Source: Pocillopora damicornis (taxonomy: Eukaryota). From it: a stretch of DNA of 64,000 bases. A program made the translations under genes and the position numbers. Location: contig NW_020847034.1 of the NCBI RefSeq assembly GCF_003704095.1, forward strand, positions 62,001 through 126,000, given 5' to 3'. Positions 1 through 12,700 of the stretch are shown here, piece after piece. Each line of letters opens with the position of its first letter. The first letter of the stretch is position 1. The notes beneath the pieces were generated by a model, which saw nothing but the letters and a program-made list of their open reading frames with translations, was not told the DNA's origin and did not search any database.

Positions 1-3000
1 CATTGTCCATGGTTTTAAGTTGCAGATTTTTCCATCTGTTTTCCAGAGTATTTATCTCTGTTTCGTAGCTTTCAGCTCTTTCAGGATCTACGATCCTTTC
101 GGTCAGCAGCCTATCGCTGATTCCTATTGCGTTCTTGAACGTCGGCTCAAATGAAGAAATTTCTTCCTTCAACTCCTGTTCAAAAAAATAACCAAATAGG
201 TAATAAAAAAGCAATCAACGGAAAGATAGACAAATCGCGAAAATTTTAATCTAAAATATCAACCTTCCAACCGGACGAGAATGGACGATAACCTATCACG
301 ATAAAAAGAAAATGATACCGAATGTTGCGAGGTAAACAAGACACTCAAATAAGTAGAAAGTCATACCCTGTGCCTGCCATACTCTTCCATGACTGAACCA
401 ATGTCATCCTCATTCACAACTATAGAATCTGCTTGTTTCTCAGCATCACTCAGCCAATCATAGACCTCTTCCATTAATTCTTCATGACGAACTATCAGCG
501 CTTGATTTAACCTACAAAACCAGGTGAATAAAAGTTATCAACTGCGCAAGTATTTACTTCAAATTACGGCATACTCCCGGCGTTTCCCGTCACTTAGTTA
601 GTTAGCCGATCAGTCGGTCTTTTAGTCAGGCAGTCAATCATAGTCAGCCGATGGGTCCATATGTCGCTCAGTGGACTTTTGTTCCATATTATGTGCCGAA
701 ATCTCAAACGCAGAAAATCGGCTTACTTTTCATGATTGGCATCATGGTTTTTGTTCAGTTCTGCCCACTTCTCATCAAGTGCTCCTATTCTTCTCTGGAT
801 TCTCACTCGGTCTTCATCTCTGAGTAAATCTGTTTCCTTACAGTTCACAAACTGGTCTTTGATGTCATTAAATTTTGCTTCTTCTTTATCTAGGTCGTTT
901 TCAAATTCCTTTTAAGATGAAGAATAACACACTGGTAAGCGTTTCAAAATGACTATTTAGAACCCTGAAAAGAACGATCGAGCGAACGAGCGAACGAGCA
1001 CACGAGCGCTCAACCGAAGGAACGGACGAGGGAAAGAGCGAATGAGCGAACAAGTGAATAATCGAACACAATTGAGCAAACAAAGTAAAAAACGAACTGT
1101 TGAACGAATGAGCGAACAAATGAGCAAGAGAGCCAAAAGAAGAAACGAACATTTGAGCCAGACAGTTCTTCAGGACAGAAAACATGTTTGCGAAATGGCA
1201 GGTGATGCACTCTTTAAACTTTTCTATAACTTAGAGATATCGCATGTCATGGCTTTCACGTTCATGAAGTCTCACCTGCAACTCTTCCAACTGTTTTCCG
1301 ACCTCCTCGATATCAGAGCCAATATCAGTAAAATTGTTCACGGACTCCTCTTCAAGTCTCTCGACGGCTTCTTCACAATCGGCCAATGAGCGGCCAAAGT
1401 ACTTCAAAGAGGCTTCTTTTATCCTGTTCAATACATTTGATTAAATCACATTCGGTTAACGAATAAATGGATACACAAACTCTGTCTTCATTATAAAATA
1501 ACGAATGAAACACGAAAGGAAATTGTGCCACAGAAATAAAATTTCTCCGATGCAGTTTCAAAACTACCAACGCACTAGATCCAAAAATACCAATAACGCA
1601 TTCTAAAGGCACTCATTCTCAGTCTTTTTGGATAAGACTGAGAATGAAACTTTTATCTGTAGTAAGTGAGCTTTAAATCCCAGATGTAATCGAGTGCTGT
1701 AACCTCTACTTAGTGTAACAGGTATCCCACAGGCGATTAGAATACAAAAAACTTAGTGGTAGGGTTCTATCTTAAATACTTGGAGAAGCATTATGTAGGA
1801 GCCAAAGGGAGGCATTTTAAACAAGATTTTGGGGGTTCCAGGACTCATAGTTTCCTTACTTGTCCCTTTTCTCTCTTGTTCCTTTTTCAAGCTCAGAAAC
1901 TTGTCTGTTAAGTTCGTCTATTTTCTTTCCTATCTCATGTTTGTCGTCGGGCTGTGTCTCCTCCTTTTCGATGACATGATGACCATCATTCGTTACTTCA
2001 AGCAGCTCCCTACTGAGGTCCTCGTTGAGCGAATTTTCGACTTCCTATTAAAAAGATGAAGACCAAATTTTCATCTCTGTACAGATTTTTTCGAACTGAG
2101 CGATGAAAGATAGCTTTCCTTTAATATGGTCACTGTCTTTGCTTGACCGTTACAATGACTACGGAAACTTCATTCTATTCTAAAAAAATGACGATTAGCG
2201 CTGGATCTCATCTCTGACGTGAATCGTTGCGATCTACAATCTCTAATCTTCGCGACACCTCTAATCTATGGAGGCAATAGTCTGCTTTGAAAGTAATATA
2301 AATCCTCGAGTTAGCACCTCCCCGCGAAAACGCCCCTCTTCGAATAGATGTGCCTTTAATTGGCAGAGATGTTTAATGCACAAAATGGCGCGCGTGTGAT
2401 CGAACCTTTTTCAATGCAGTTTTAGTTTTGCACATGTGTACCTTTCTTGAGTGAAAGACTGGCAAATTGCTTCAAGTGAAGACTTGTTTGGCAGATAGAA
2501 TGAAAAATAATTGATAAATGTCAGTGCTCGTATTAAAAAGTATTTTACCCACCTGGAGTTGCACTGCACTTTCTTGAATATCTTTAAAATCTGTATCGTC
2601 AACATCATCATCAATTTTCCTTTTAGCTTCCGTAACAAGCAAACCAAGAGCTATCGATTGCTCTCTCCATCGGCCAAGCCTGCCATCTGAATCCTTCTTT
2701 AGTATGTCCAGGAGAGCAGAGTCTAGCCTATATTGCATAAAGTAAGAAAATTGCTGAGAGGGTTAAACGCCCACAATTAAAGAATCCTAAGACGAGGGAT
2801 AGCATCTAAATGCCTAAAAGATATGGGTAAGGGAGAGAGGATATAATGAATGCACCATGCGTCAGCCGATGAAAGGCACGGTGCTGGTTTCAAGTATCAA
2901 CTCACAAGTTAAAGTTTTTTTAAGGATTGTACTTAATATAGGAAAGAACACCGAATACTAATCTTAGTCCCCGAATTATTGGTGATCAGGTGATCTTCAA

Positions 3001-6000
3001 CAAAAACTTCCGCTATACTGAGTTCAAAGTTCATGTGTGTACGCCCTTGATTCTAAGGCCCAAACAACCCAAAGTGACATAACGCAATACTCAGCAACGC
3101 CTTTCACACAAGCAGGTAAGCGGCACCGAGAATTCTGGTACTGATCTCAGTAGTTAGAGTCACTGTATCAACTTGTGAGAAACCCATCACCTCTCTGCAC
3201 CAATGAGTTTACAATTTGTAACTGAATACCGAAAACAATCAGTAAAAGCTGACGAAAAAAATGGGGTGCTTGTATAAACTATACTTTTACCCTTGGATGC
3301 CCCAAGAATGAAATGGAATGGGATTCTGAAAGTCAGCACTGGTATTTTCTCGATAATCAACCCACGAAGACCTTACGAAGAGAGTATGAAAAACATGTGA
3401 CAGATCGAAAATCGTAGACGGGTCATTGTCACTCAATGTTGTTGAAAATTTGCAGTTCGTGGCATTAGCAAACGGTTGAGTCACTTACTTTCGTTGCCTC
3501 TCATTAAGGTGATCATTGACAGCCTTCCATCTCGAATTGAGAGCATTTTTAGTTTTGTCAACCCCATCAATGTCTGTTTTATCCAGTCTGCTGCTCTCTA
3601 CAAGTTCTTTGCTTTCCTCGACCATGGCGTCTACTTTCGGTTCATAGGCCTTTATTTCTTTAATAAAGAGCTGCACAAACCGCGTAACAAACATTAAAGT
3701 CACATAGATAACTGAAGAAGAGCTCTTCAAAAATAGGAATAATGCAATTGTAATTCGTAGTCAGTGGCGTATCTACTGGAGATCCTGAGATATGACACGG
3801 GGGGAGGGGGAAGGGGGTAAGAAACTAAGGTCTGTAGTCACTGCGCTACAAAAAAGCAAAAACGGGTTATCTGCTAGTTTTCATAAGCCGACTCAAATCG
3901 TTATTTCTAAGCGGCAAAGAAGATTCAAAACGATATGATGTCATATTTAATACTGGAATATTTAAGCGCTTAAAAGGATCTTACTTGATTATCTTTGATT
4001 TGCTCTTGAAGGACTCCAATATCTGATCCAATCTTCTCCTCGTTCTTAATGAGCTTTTCTGACTCTGACAGCCACTGATTCATGTTATCGCATTTTTCAC
4101 GCCAGGAGTCGAATCTCTTGTATTCGCTTTCAATGTCTTCGGCTAATTTCTCAAGCCTAGAAAGGGGGGAAAATGATTAAACTTTTTTAAACTGTAGTTG
4201 ACGATAATGTGCTCTCATCTTGATACTTTGATGATGACAACCCATGGTCTATCAAAAAATGCTATATTTTTCCTGCAAAGACCTCCCAGGAAAGGAAATC
4301 GAATGCTATTTCGTATCAAGAGCTCTCGGCTAACTTAGAAGTCTTACCAATAAGAACACTTGAAGAGAGTCAGTAAAAAATATATTTATAAACAATACGA
4401 CACGATAAAATAACACTCCAGAGAAGTTGGTTTTATGACAAATGTGATTTGGTTTCGATGCAAAAAACATTTATGGCAATAAACATTCACGAACCATGAT
4501 AAATTGCTGACTCTGTTTTCATTGACTAGCAAACGTCATTAATTTAAGAGACGGAGGATTTGGCGCTTTTTAGGAGGTCAGTCTATTGTTTGTCACTCAT
4601 TTTAGCAGTATCAATACAGTTAGAACTCTTTTTGTTTCAGCGTAAGCGTATCTGCGATAATCAAACATATCATGCATGTTAGAAATATATCATAGGTGCT
4701 CCTGTATTCCTCCTCTGTATTCCTTGCCACAAAGTAATAGAGCAAGCTTAGTACCACATTTTAAATATTTCATAACCTTAATCGTTAGTTTGGAAGAGGG
4801 TTATAACTAATGAGAAGAACACAATAGATGCTTTCTTCTAAGTATTCATTGGGGAGTCTTAGCCCATTTGATGAGCGCAATAAGCTTTAAGACATAAGGA
4901 ATTGCTCGATCAATTTTGGTCTGAAATTGAATTCCTCAATGAGATACACATTTTGTCCTTTAACTTTTGATGTCCACTGTGTCAAGTGTTTTTAATGCTG
5001 TTCGCCGTTGGTCGAGTTAGTTTATACTACACTTACTTAACCAAGCATAATCATTGAAAAGTATACCTGCTCTGCATTAAGTCAACTGTTTCGAAGGCTA
5101 AAGCCAATGATTTTTCAAAATAGTCATCGCCTGTATCCATGCTTTGGTTAAAACCTAAAATCTTGTTAGAACTTGTTTACGCCAAAACGCTCTTTTGGCA
5201 ACTTAGGAATCTGATCTTAATGCGTATTTTCATCTTGAATTGCCGTTGTCACGGAAAAGCAAACAAACGTCACATTTAAGGTAATACACTACTAATATTT
5301 GACGTTCACACTTCTGTTTACGAATAAACCAAGTTAATTTACATAGACGACTTCGTGATTTTCCGTGTAACTGTGAATTTATCAAACGGCGAAAGAGTAA
5401 AGAAATGTACAAGTGGAGTCATTCTTTAATTGATTACTCGTCTTTAAAATCAATGATTATGATTGTTAAATAAGAACGTCTTGAAGGCCTCAACGCAGGA
5501 ACAATAGAAAAGTTATTTCCAAAGAGAAAAGTTTAGATGGTACCAAGATGAGGTTCTCCGTTTTGATGTTTTCAACTTCCCCATCTGTTTTAATCTAAAA
5601 GCAGCTTCTACGTAGAGGTGAATGCAGTATTTTTTTTTCCAGTTGAATGTTCCATGAATAATGCTCTTACTATGACACAGAAGTTTACGCCTTTGGTGCT
5701 GTACTAGAACGTGAGTCGTTTGCTTTTATTATAGTGCTACCTAGTTAAACAAGTGCAAAGACTAATTTTGAGTTGAGTGTCGGAAATGAAACAGGATGGC
5801 CTTGGTTCTTGTTAGTTAACACTGCTCCGTGATCGGCAGATCGGATAGAGAATTTTCGCCTCCCTTTAAAAGCTGAGCTTTGAAAGATGGAAATAAATAA
5901 ATGAAAATGATTGGACAAAATATATTTTAAAAAAAGAATGACGACCCAATTAAATCTGCAGCTCTAAAATAGACGCACGTAACATGCTCGAGGCCGAGAA

Positions 6001-9000
6001 CATCGCAAACACCAACCTTTTCTCGCGCTCAATGACATCAATGTTCAACCCATTCCATCGATGATTCAAGTCCGTCATTTGATCGTGTACTTCATTAGCT
6101 TGTTCGTTTTCCAGCAAACCACTGTCAATGGCGCTCCTACCCAAGGTGAAAACTTCATCTGCATCTTTTTGCCTGGTTGATGCATCGGTCATTATGTCCT
6201 GAAAACAAAATAGGGAAGTAAGCTTGTGAAGAACACCTGTAACCCTTTGAAATCAGTCCACTGGGATAAACTATCGTCGGTTAAGTGATTTTGCTGCCCA
6301 GCGAGGTATACTAATGACTCGAGCATTTCAAGAGTTATTTGTTTATGATTAATCGCTGCTTATCCAGAAAATCAGCCGAAAATAGTTTGTTTTTATCCAG
6401 AACAGAACACGAGGCAACTCAGTAAAAATTTGACTACCAAATGCAGCCACTAACAAAATTAAATTGTGTCAAAATTTAGCGGCTCCAATTTTGCACTAAA
6501 AAGGCTAGTCACAAACGTATAATTATTGGAACAGAAGTCGTAGTTCTCTTTACCTCATGATCTTCCAAGAGGTCGACAACTTTGTCTAAATTGACCCCAT
6601 GTTCAGCTCCGACTCTGGAATTTCCACGAAATCTGGCGGTGATTGAATGTACAGCATCTTTTAAAGCCTCGAGAATCGACCACTTTCGGTTTTTCTTAGC
6701 TCGCTGAATATCTTGCAGCCTTTCTCTGACCCTGAAAAATCAAGCGCCACTCTGTGTCAAAAAGCAAACAAACAAACCAACAAAAAAATCATCACAAAGG
6801 AAGAATGAATTAGTCTACAAAAGAAGTGGGAATAGGTAGGATTTTTCATAGGATAACGGGTGTCATTTTGTGTACCGTCAAGAAAAGGGGCTGGGAGGGG
6901 GGAGGGCTGTTAAAGGGCCCTGCTTTACTGGTAAACAAGGGATAATTCTGCTGGAAAAGACCGCAAACTTTGTAAGCCGAAAAGGAATAGTTATTTGTAC
7001 TTACATTCTAAGGTTCGCGTTGCACTCATCTACGGTGGGTTTCCACTCATTGTTGTTTTCTCCTCGTTTCTTTGTCAGTTCTGGTGACCTGATCTCCGGG
7101 AGCCGCCTCTCAAAGCCAATCTGTGTCACAAGAGAGGAAATCCGGAGTAGAACAAATTATTAGCCTGGAAACTCACTTTCATCCCAATGTGGAGTGATAT
7201 ATGGTCTTCCCACCCGTCGAAACGTTTAAACCTTCATAGCCTAAAATTATCGCAATTTTCATGTCACCTGTGTCTACCACAACTTCACGCCACATTTTCT
7301 CTGGGACTTATTAACCGAATACTCATGCAGTTGCCGTAAAACGCTCACTCGTTGAGGACAAACTATTTCTCTTTCGAAAATCATAACAGGCCAAGATGCT
7401 GATCACTAGCTTGGACATTTGCTTTTAAGATATCGATACTCTTATTGCGGCTCTCATAAAAACCAAAGCATCGCTAGCGCTCTCACCTCCTTCCCAATAG
7501 CTTCTTGTTCTTTCAGTTTATCTTCTGCTTTTTTCAAAGATTTTTCAAATCGAGCAGATCTGTCATTCCATTCGTCGACTATTTCCTTTTGGTCTTTTTG
7601 AAGCTTGGGAATCTTCTTCACGATCCTGAGAAGACAAATTATAATTTAGAAACGTTGGTGGTACGCAATATTTACACTGAAAAACTGGAAATTTTATATA
7701 GTTAGAACTGTTTTATTTGGAGGGTTAGGAAATAATATGTCTTTTTGATGTGCGATACACTTCTTGTATTCTCTTGAGAGGTTTTTTTAGATTGCCAATC
7801 AATAACCCCCTTTTCTTCCACTACAAAACTAATGACACATCTGAAATGAGTGGGCATGAAATTTCGAGCCGGTTGGTTCAGATCAATTATAAGAACCCTT
7901 AGAAAAACGTTTTTGATTTATTTGCATGCGGTTGACTCTCGACTACGCTAGTGAAATTCATTATCAACTGACTAGAAATTTTAAAAGATTGAGATACTCT
8001 TAGTTCACCTCTGAGGAGGAAGAAGAGAAGGCTGGCTTAGGAATCGATACCAATTTCCGCTGCTAATTGCTTCCAAGTTAATTGTACCATTAATATGAAC
8101 TGAGTGTTAACTGCCAACTATTAAAAGCGTGTCTCTGGCGTGAGATAACCGAAATAAGTTACTAATTTACCGGTCCATACGATCTGTGGCTTTTTCCAAC
8201 ACGTCATCCCACTGTTTTTCGCAGTCCTCTGCGTCTTGTCGAAGAGCTTTGCTTTGCTCATTCGAAAAGTATGGGTCCTTAGATAATCTGTACGCTGTAT
8301 CCGTTGCTTCAGTGAATCGTGGCTCGTAATCATGTAGTCGTTTGGTTAATAGCTGTGGAAACGTTAAAGACTCTGTGAAAGAATATCTGAAGAGAATACA
8401 CACCTACCCCTCCCATAACCAAACATTTATCCAAGATGTAGTCAGTTGACTGTTGTGAAAAGTCGACCGACAGACACTTTCATTGATCCGAATACTAATT
8501 TGTACCTATCTCGTTTTCTTGGTTTGTATTGTAAGTTACAGCTCGAGTTTTAGCGCGTGCGCTTAGGCCACAAACAAAAGGAAAACGTTTTTTTTTTTTA
8601 AATCAATTTTAGGGGCAAGAAAAAAAATGGAAGTGAAAATGATCAACATATGAATAATTCAAATGACATGATGTTTTCTATAATAGATATCTGTATATTT
8701 ACCTTCATGTCTTCTTTCTGTCGTTGTAAAGTTTTCGGATCGTTTCCTATGGGATCCATAGTCTCAATTTCTTTATCCCGAAGTCCAATCCAGTCCTTCA
8801 CTGCTTGTAAGTTAACCCTGCACCCGGTAAGCTCGCCGGCTTTCTGTTGTTCTTTATCCCAAAGCTTCCTTTTTATTCTAGCATCAGATAATTCATAGAT
8901 ATTTTAATCACTAAATCAAGACCTGCTAAGGGCACAACAGGTTAATACGGCTTCAAAACGTGAGTTGACTGCCGCGTCGTCTTCTTTCAGCTTAAAAATT

Positions 9001-9742
9001 AACGAATCGTGGTATTTAATGGTTGGTTTAGAAGTAATGCTCAATTATGCTGATATCTGGACCAAAGCACATACTTCAATTCTGCAGTTCTTTTTTAAAG
9101 TCAGTTATTGCGAGGATCAATTTACCATTTATAATCTACAGTTCAAAAATTTGTCAATTCTTATATCCTTTAAGTTATTCCTTTACCGGTTTTTCTTGAC
9201 ATCTCTATCCGTGTTGAAAGAGCGCCACTGGCCCCTCAACTTATCCATATCTTCGCTGACGTCTTCATGCTGCTTTTCAGATATATGTTTGTCCTTTATC
9301 AGCGCTTCATAGTCTTTCTCAAGATTATCGAACTTTCTTTCGTAGTCAGGAATTTCTTTTTCGAGGCTCTAGAATTATCAAAGAATGAAGATTTCTTACA
9401 CCTCTAATCGCAATTCCTCTTTCGAAAACAGCAATAACAAATTCAAGACATGTTTTACTGATATCAATAACAGAGGAGCAAATTTTGTTGATGACGTTGA
9501 TAATTTAATAACATCGTTAACAAGAATGACTTCGTTAAGTAATCGCGTCAAGTCAAAAAAAATACGATTTAGGGTATAGTGCAAGGTTAGCACTTATTCA
9601 AATTTGCAAATTCATTTAATCTGACTTTGCAATTAGTAAAAGCTCAAAACTCACCACAAAATGGCTTTCTTTGTCTTTAAGAGAAGCAATGGTGTCATCG
9701 TTAGTTTCGTCGGGTAGTTTTTCGTCTTGATCCTTAAGCCAG
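1..9742 (-). CDS. Rod exons: spectrin-type repeats ~19-26; last exon cut by window edge
   Basis: Exons 9655-9742, 9187-9368, 8703-8877, 8171-8352, 7487-7625, 7005-7120, 6554-6731, 6017-6198, 3985-4156, 3489-3670, 2553-2727, 1860-2044, 1276-1423, 727-908, 367-511, 1-175. All in phase. Confidence 0.88.
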
Positions 9743-12700
9743 CTGTGAGAATTGAGTTTGTATATCATTTTTCAAACGTCAACGCTTTTGAAGTCTTTCA
9801 GAACCGTAAAGCAAACTAAACCTAAAAAGTTAAGCCTATTCTTCTCAGTAATTAGCTCTATTCCATGCTTAATTTACCCCCTTTCATCTCATTATCCCGT
9901 CGTCTCGAAACCTTCTAACTTTTAACAAGTCAACTCTCGTGGCACTTTTTAGCACGTAAGGACATATCTAATAAGAACTATTGTGAGAATTTGTGAAGAT
10001 CACAACGGTTTTCCATTGAGATGATTAGTTCGTTGATTCTCGTGCCCTTGACTTCAAATGTAGAGTTTAGGTGTTGGTTATCCTTGGAGCTTAAATGGTT
10101 AAAACCCTATAATCTATATCCAGGTGTAGTACTTACACGCTTATATCGTTTGCGTCGTTTTTCCAATCCTGCAGCCTTCCATCAAAAACAAACGTATCAG
10201 GTTCGGCAGCAGCCTCGACGATGTCTTCGTCGACAGACACGACTACCTCGTCCACGGGAGTGGCCAAAAGGCTGGTTTCCTCTTCCACCTTTGGAATGTG
10301 AGGTAACGGCCCGAGGCTAAACCCGAACCCTTTATTCTACGAGAGAGAAAGAAAAATTAAAGATATTAGTAAGGAAAAAGGTGTTTGAATATAACATACT
10401 AAAAAGATAACGATATAAAAGTAGAGTCGATATTAGATAATAATATCGATATTAGATAAACATTAGATAGAATCTAATGTTTCGTATCCGAAACATTAGA
10501 AGAAAATGTTTGGTTTTTTTTATCCATAATGATAGATCACTCGTGCAAAGGTGCGCTGTGCACTATATAAAAGTAGAGTCGATATAGCTAGGACGTATCC
10601 GAAACATTAGAATAAAACGTTTGGTGTTTTTCATCCATAATGATAGATCATTCGTGCAAAGGTGCGCTGTGCTGTTGTGACCTTTTTCCTGTTGATATTG
10701 TCTTCTTCAGCTTCCGGGACTGATGCAACCTCTTCCATCTTTGGAAGGTGAGGTAACGGCCCGAGGCTAAACCCGAACCCTTTATTCTACGAGAGAGAAA
10801 GAAAAATAAACAATATCAGTCAGGAAAAAGGTGCTTGAATATAACATACTAGTAAGAAAACTATATAATAGTAGAATCGATTGAACTAGGACGTATTCGA
10901 AACATTAGAAGAAAGTTTGTGGTGTTTTTCATCCATAATGATAGATCATTCGTGCAAACGTGCGCTGTGCTGTTGTGACCTTTTTCCTGTTGATATTGTC
11001 TCCTTCAGCTTCTGGGACTGACACAACCTCGTCCATCTTTGGGCTGGCATTTAGTGTAGTTTCCTGTTTCACCATCGGGATGTGAGGTAAAGATCCAAAG
11101 TTTATGAGGAAGCCTTTTTTCTACACGGGAAAGAGTTGCTATATAAAAGGTGTTTTGATAGACGATCGTTAAGAAATAAAGTGGACAGAACTGTGTCTTA
11201 AACATGACAAACAAACGGTGAGTAATTCTCATCAATAGTGACATATCAATAGTAAGAGGATGCGTTGTGTTGCTCTAGCGCTAATGTAAGCTGTTTTCGA
11301 GTCATCTCCGATGCAAATTGCTGAAACTTCAAAAATAGTCTATGACCCTTTTATGACAATTTCCTTAACAGGCGCAGGCCAGTTCAGGCTCTAAAAAAAA
11401 AAAAAGAAACACTTGGCGAGTAATACAAGTAGAAAGAACAAAACGGGCGTAAAACGACCAACCTTTTGTTTTTCTTCCTCCTTCCTTTTCTTTTCGTCTT
11501 CCTCCAGTCGCTTCTTTTCCTCTCTTTCTTTCTTCTTTTTCTCTTCTTCCTCACGTTTTTTCCTTCTCTCTTCCTCCCTTTTCTTTCTCTCCTCCTCCTC
11601 CTTTTTCCTGCGCTCCTCTTGCTCTTTCCTCCGTCTTTCTTGTTCCTCCTTCCGCTTTCTGTTCTCATCTTCTCTCTTCTTCCGTTCCTCTTCTTCTCTC
11701 TGTTTTCTTTCTTCTTCCCTTTTCTTCCGGTCTTCTTCTTCTTTTCTTTTTCTCTCCTCCTGTTCCAACTTCCTCTTTTGTTCTTCTTCTCGTCTTTCTC
11801 TCTCTTCCTCTTCTCTCCTCTGCCTTGCTTCTTCCTCTCGTCTCCTTTTCTCTTCTTCCTCCTTTCGTTTCCGTTTGTCTTCTTCCTCTTTCCTTATCCT
11901 TTCCTCTTCTTCCCTCCGTTTCCGTTCTTCTTCTTCCTTGCGTTTCCTTGCCTCCTCTTCCCTTCTCCTTCTCTCCTCTGCCTCTTTCTTTCTTCTCTCT
12001 TCCTCTTCCTTTCGCCTCCTTTCCATGTCGATTTGCCTCTGTACTTCTTCCTCTTCCAGCATTTTTCTTTCATCTGCCAGTCGTTTTTGTTCGTCTTCTA
12101 ATATTTTTAGCCTGTCTTGGATCCTAAGAACGTCAAATACAACTGTGAGAACACTTTTCTAGAAGAGGATATATTTCAAACTTCCAAGAATTTCAATAAT
12201 TCAAAGACTGAAACCAAACACTATGTTTACCACCTTAACATGATTTTAGGCATAGGAAGTCAGTCACATACAAGCCGATGAATGAAGGGGGTAAGTTTCA
12301 AAAGAAACCGTTGTACTGCGTCGGTGGAAGCTGAAGCGTTAGCCCTTCATCTTCGGCTAACTCGAAACATCTGCTCAGAAACCCTTCACGGTGGCCAATT
12401 TCCGTTATCAACTCATATACAAGGTAAGTTTGCTTAGAATTTTCTCATGCGAGAGTTTTTGGTATTATTTACCCAGGAACCGTTTCCCCTAAATAGAAAT
12501 TTTTTGTAGCTTCTTTAGTTTCTGTAGGATTCTGTAAATCATATTTTTAAGGTTTCAAATATTACTGAAGCCTTAGGTCTTCCTACTGTTACTTAGAAGG
12601 TCAAAAACAAATGCAATTTTTACGAAAACAATACTGTTGATTCAAAGAAGTGGCTGGTACCTGTCATGTCTTGAAGTGGCTGACTCATACAGCCCGTCCC

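Noticed and set aside
901-1389. ORFs of 66-115 aa overlapping the GAAC tract
   Set aside because: Explained by the simple repeat and the adjacent true exon 1276-1423.
10310-10336. NKGFGFSLG resembles a PDZ carboxylate-binding loop
   Set aside because: The following sequence is Pro/acidic and lacks the rest of a PDZ fold.
10337-10980. CRISPR-like or prokaryotic repeat array
   Set aside because: The repeats are duplicated exon-intron units in a spliced eukaryotic gene; no repeat-spacer periodicity and no cas genes.
11413-12162. Long plus-strand Ser/Phe/Leu-rich ORFs (249, 211, 100 aa)
   Set aside because: Antisense shadows of the purine-rich SAH exon.
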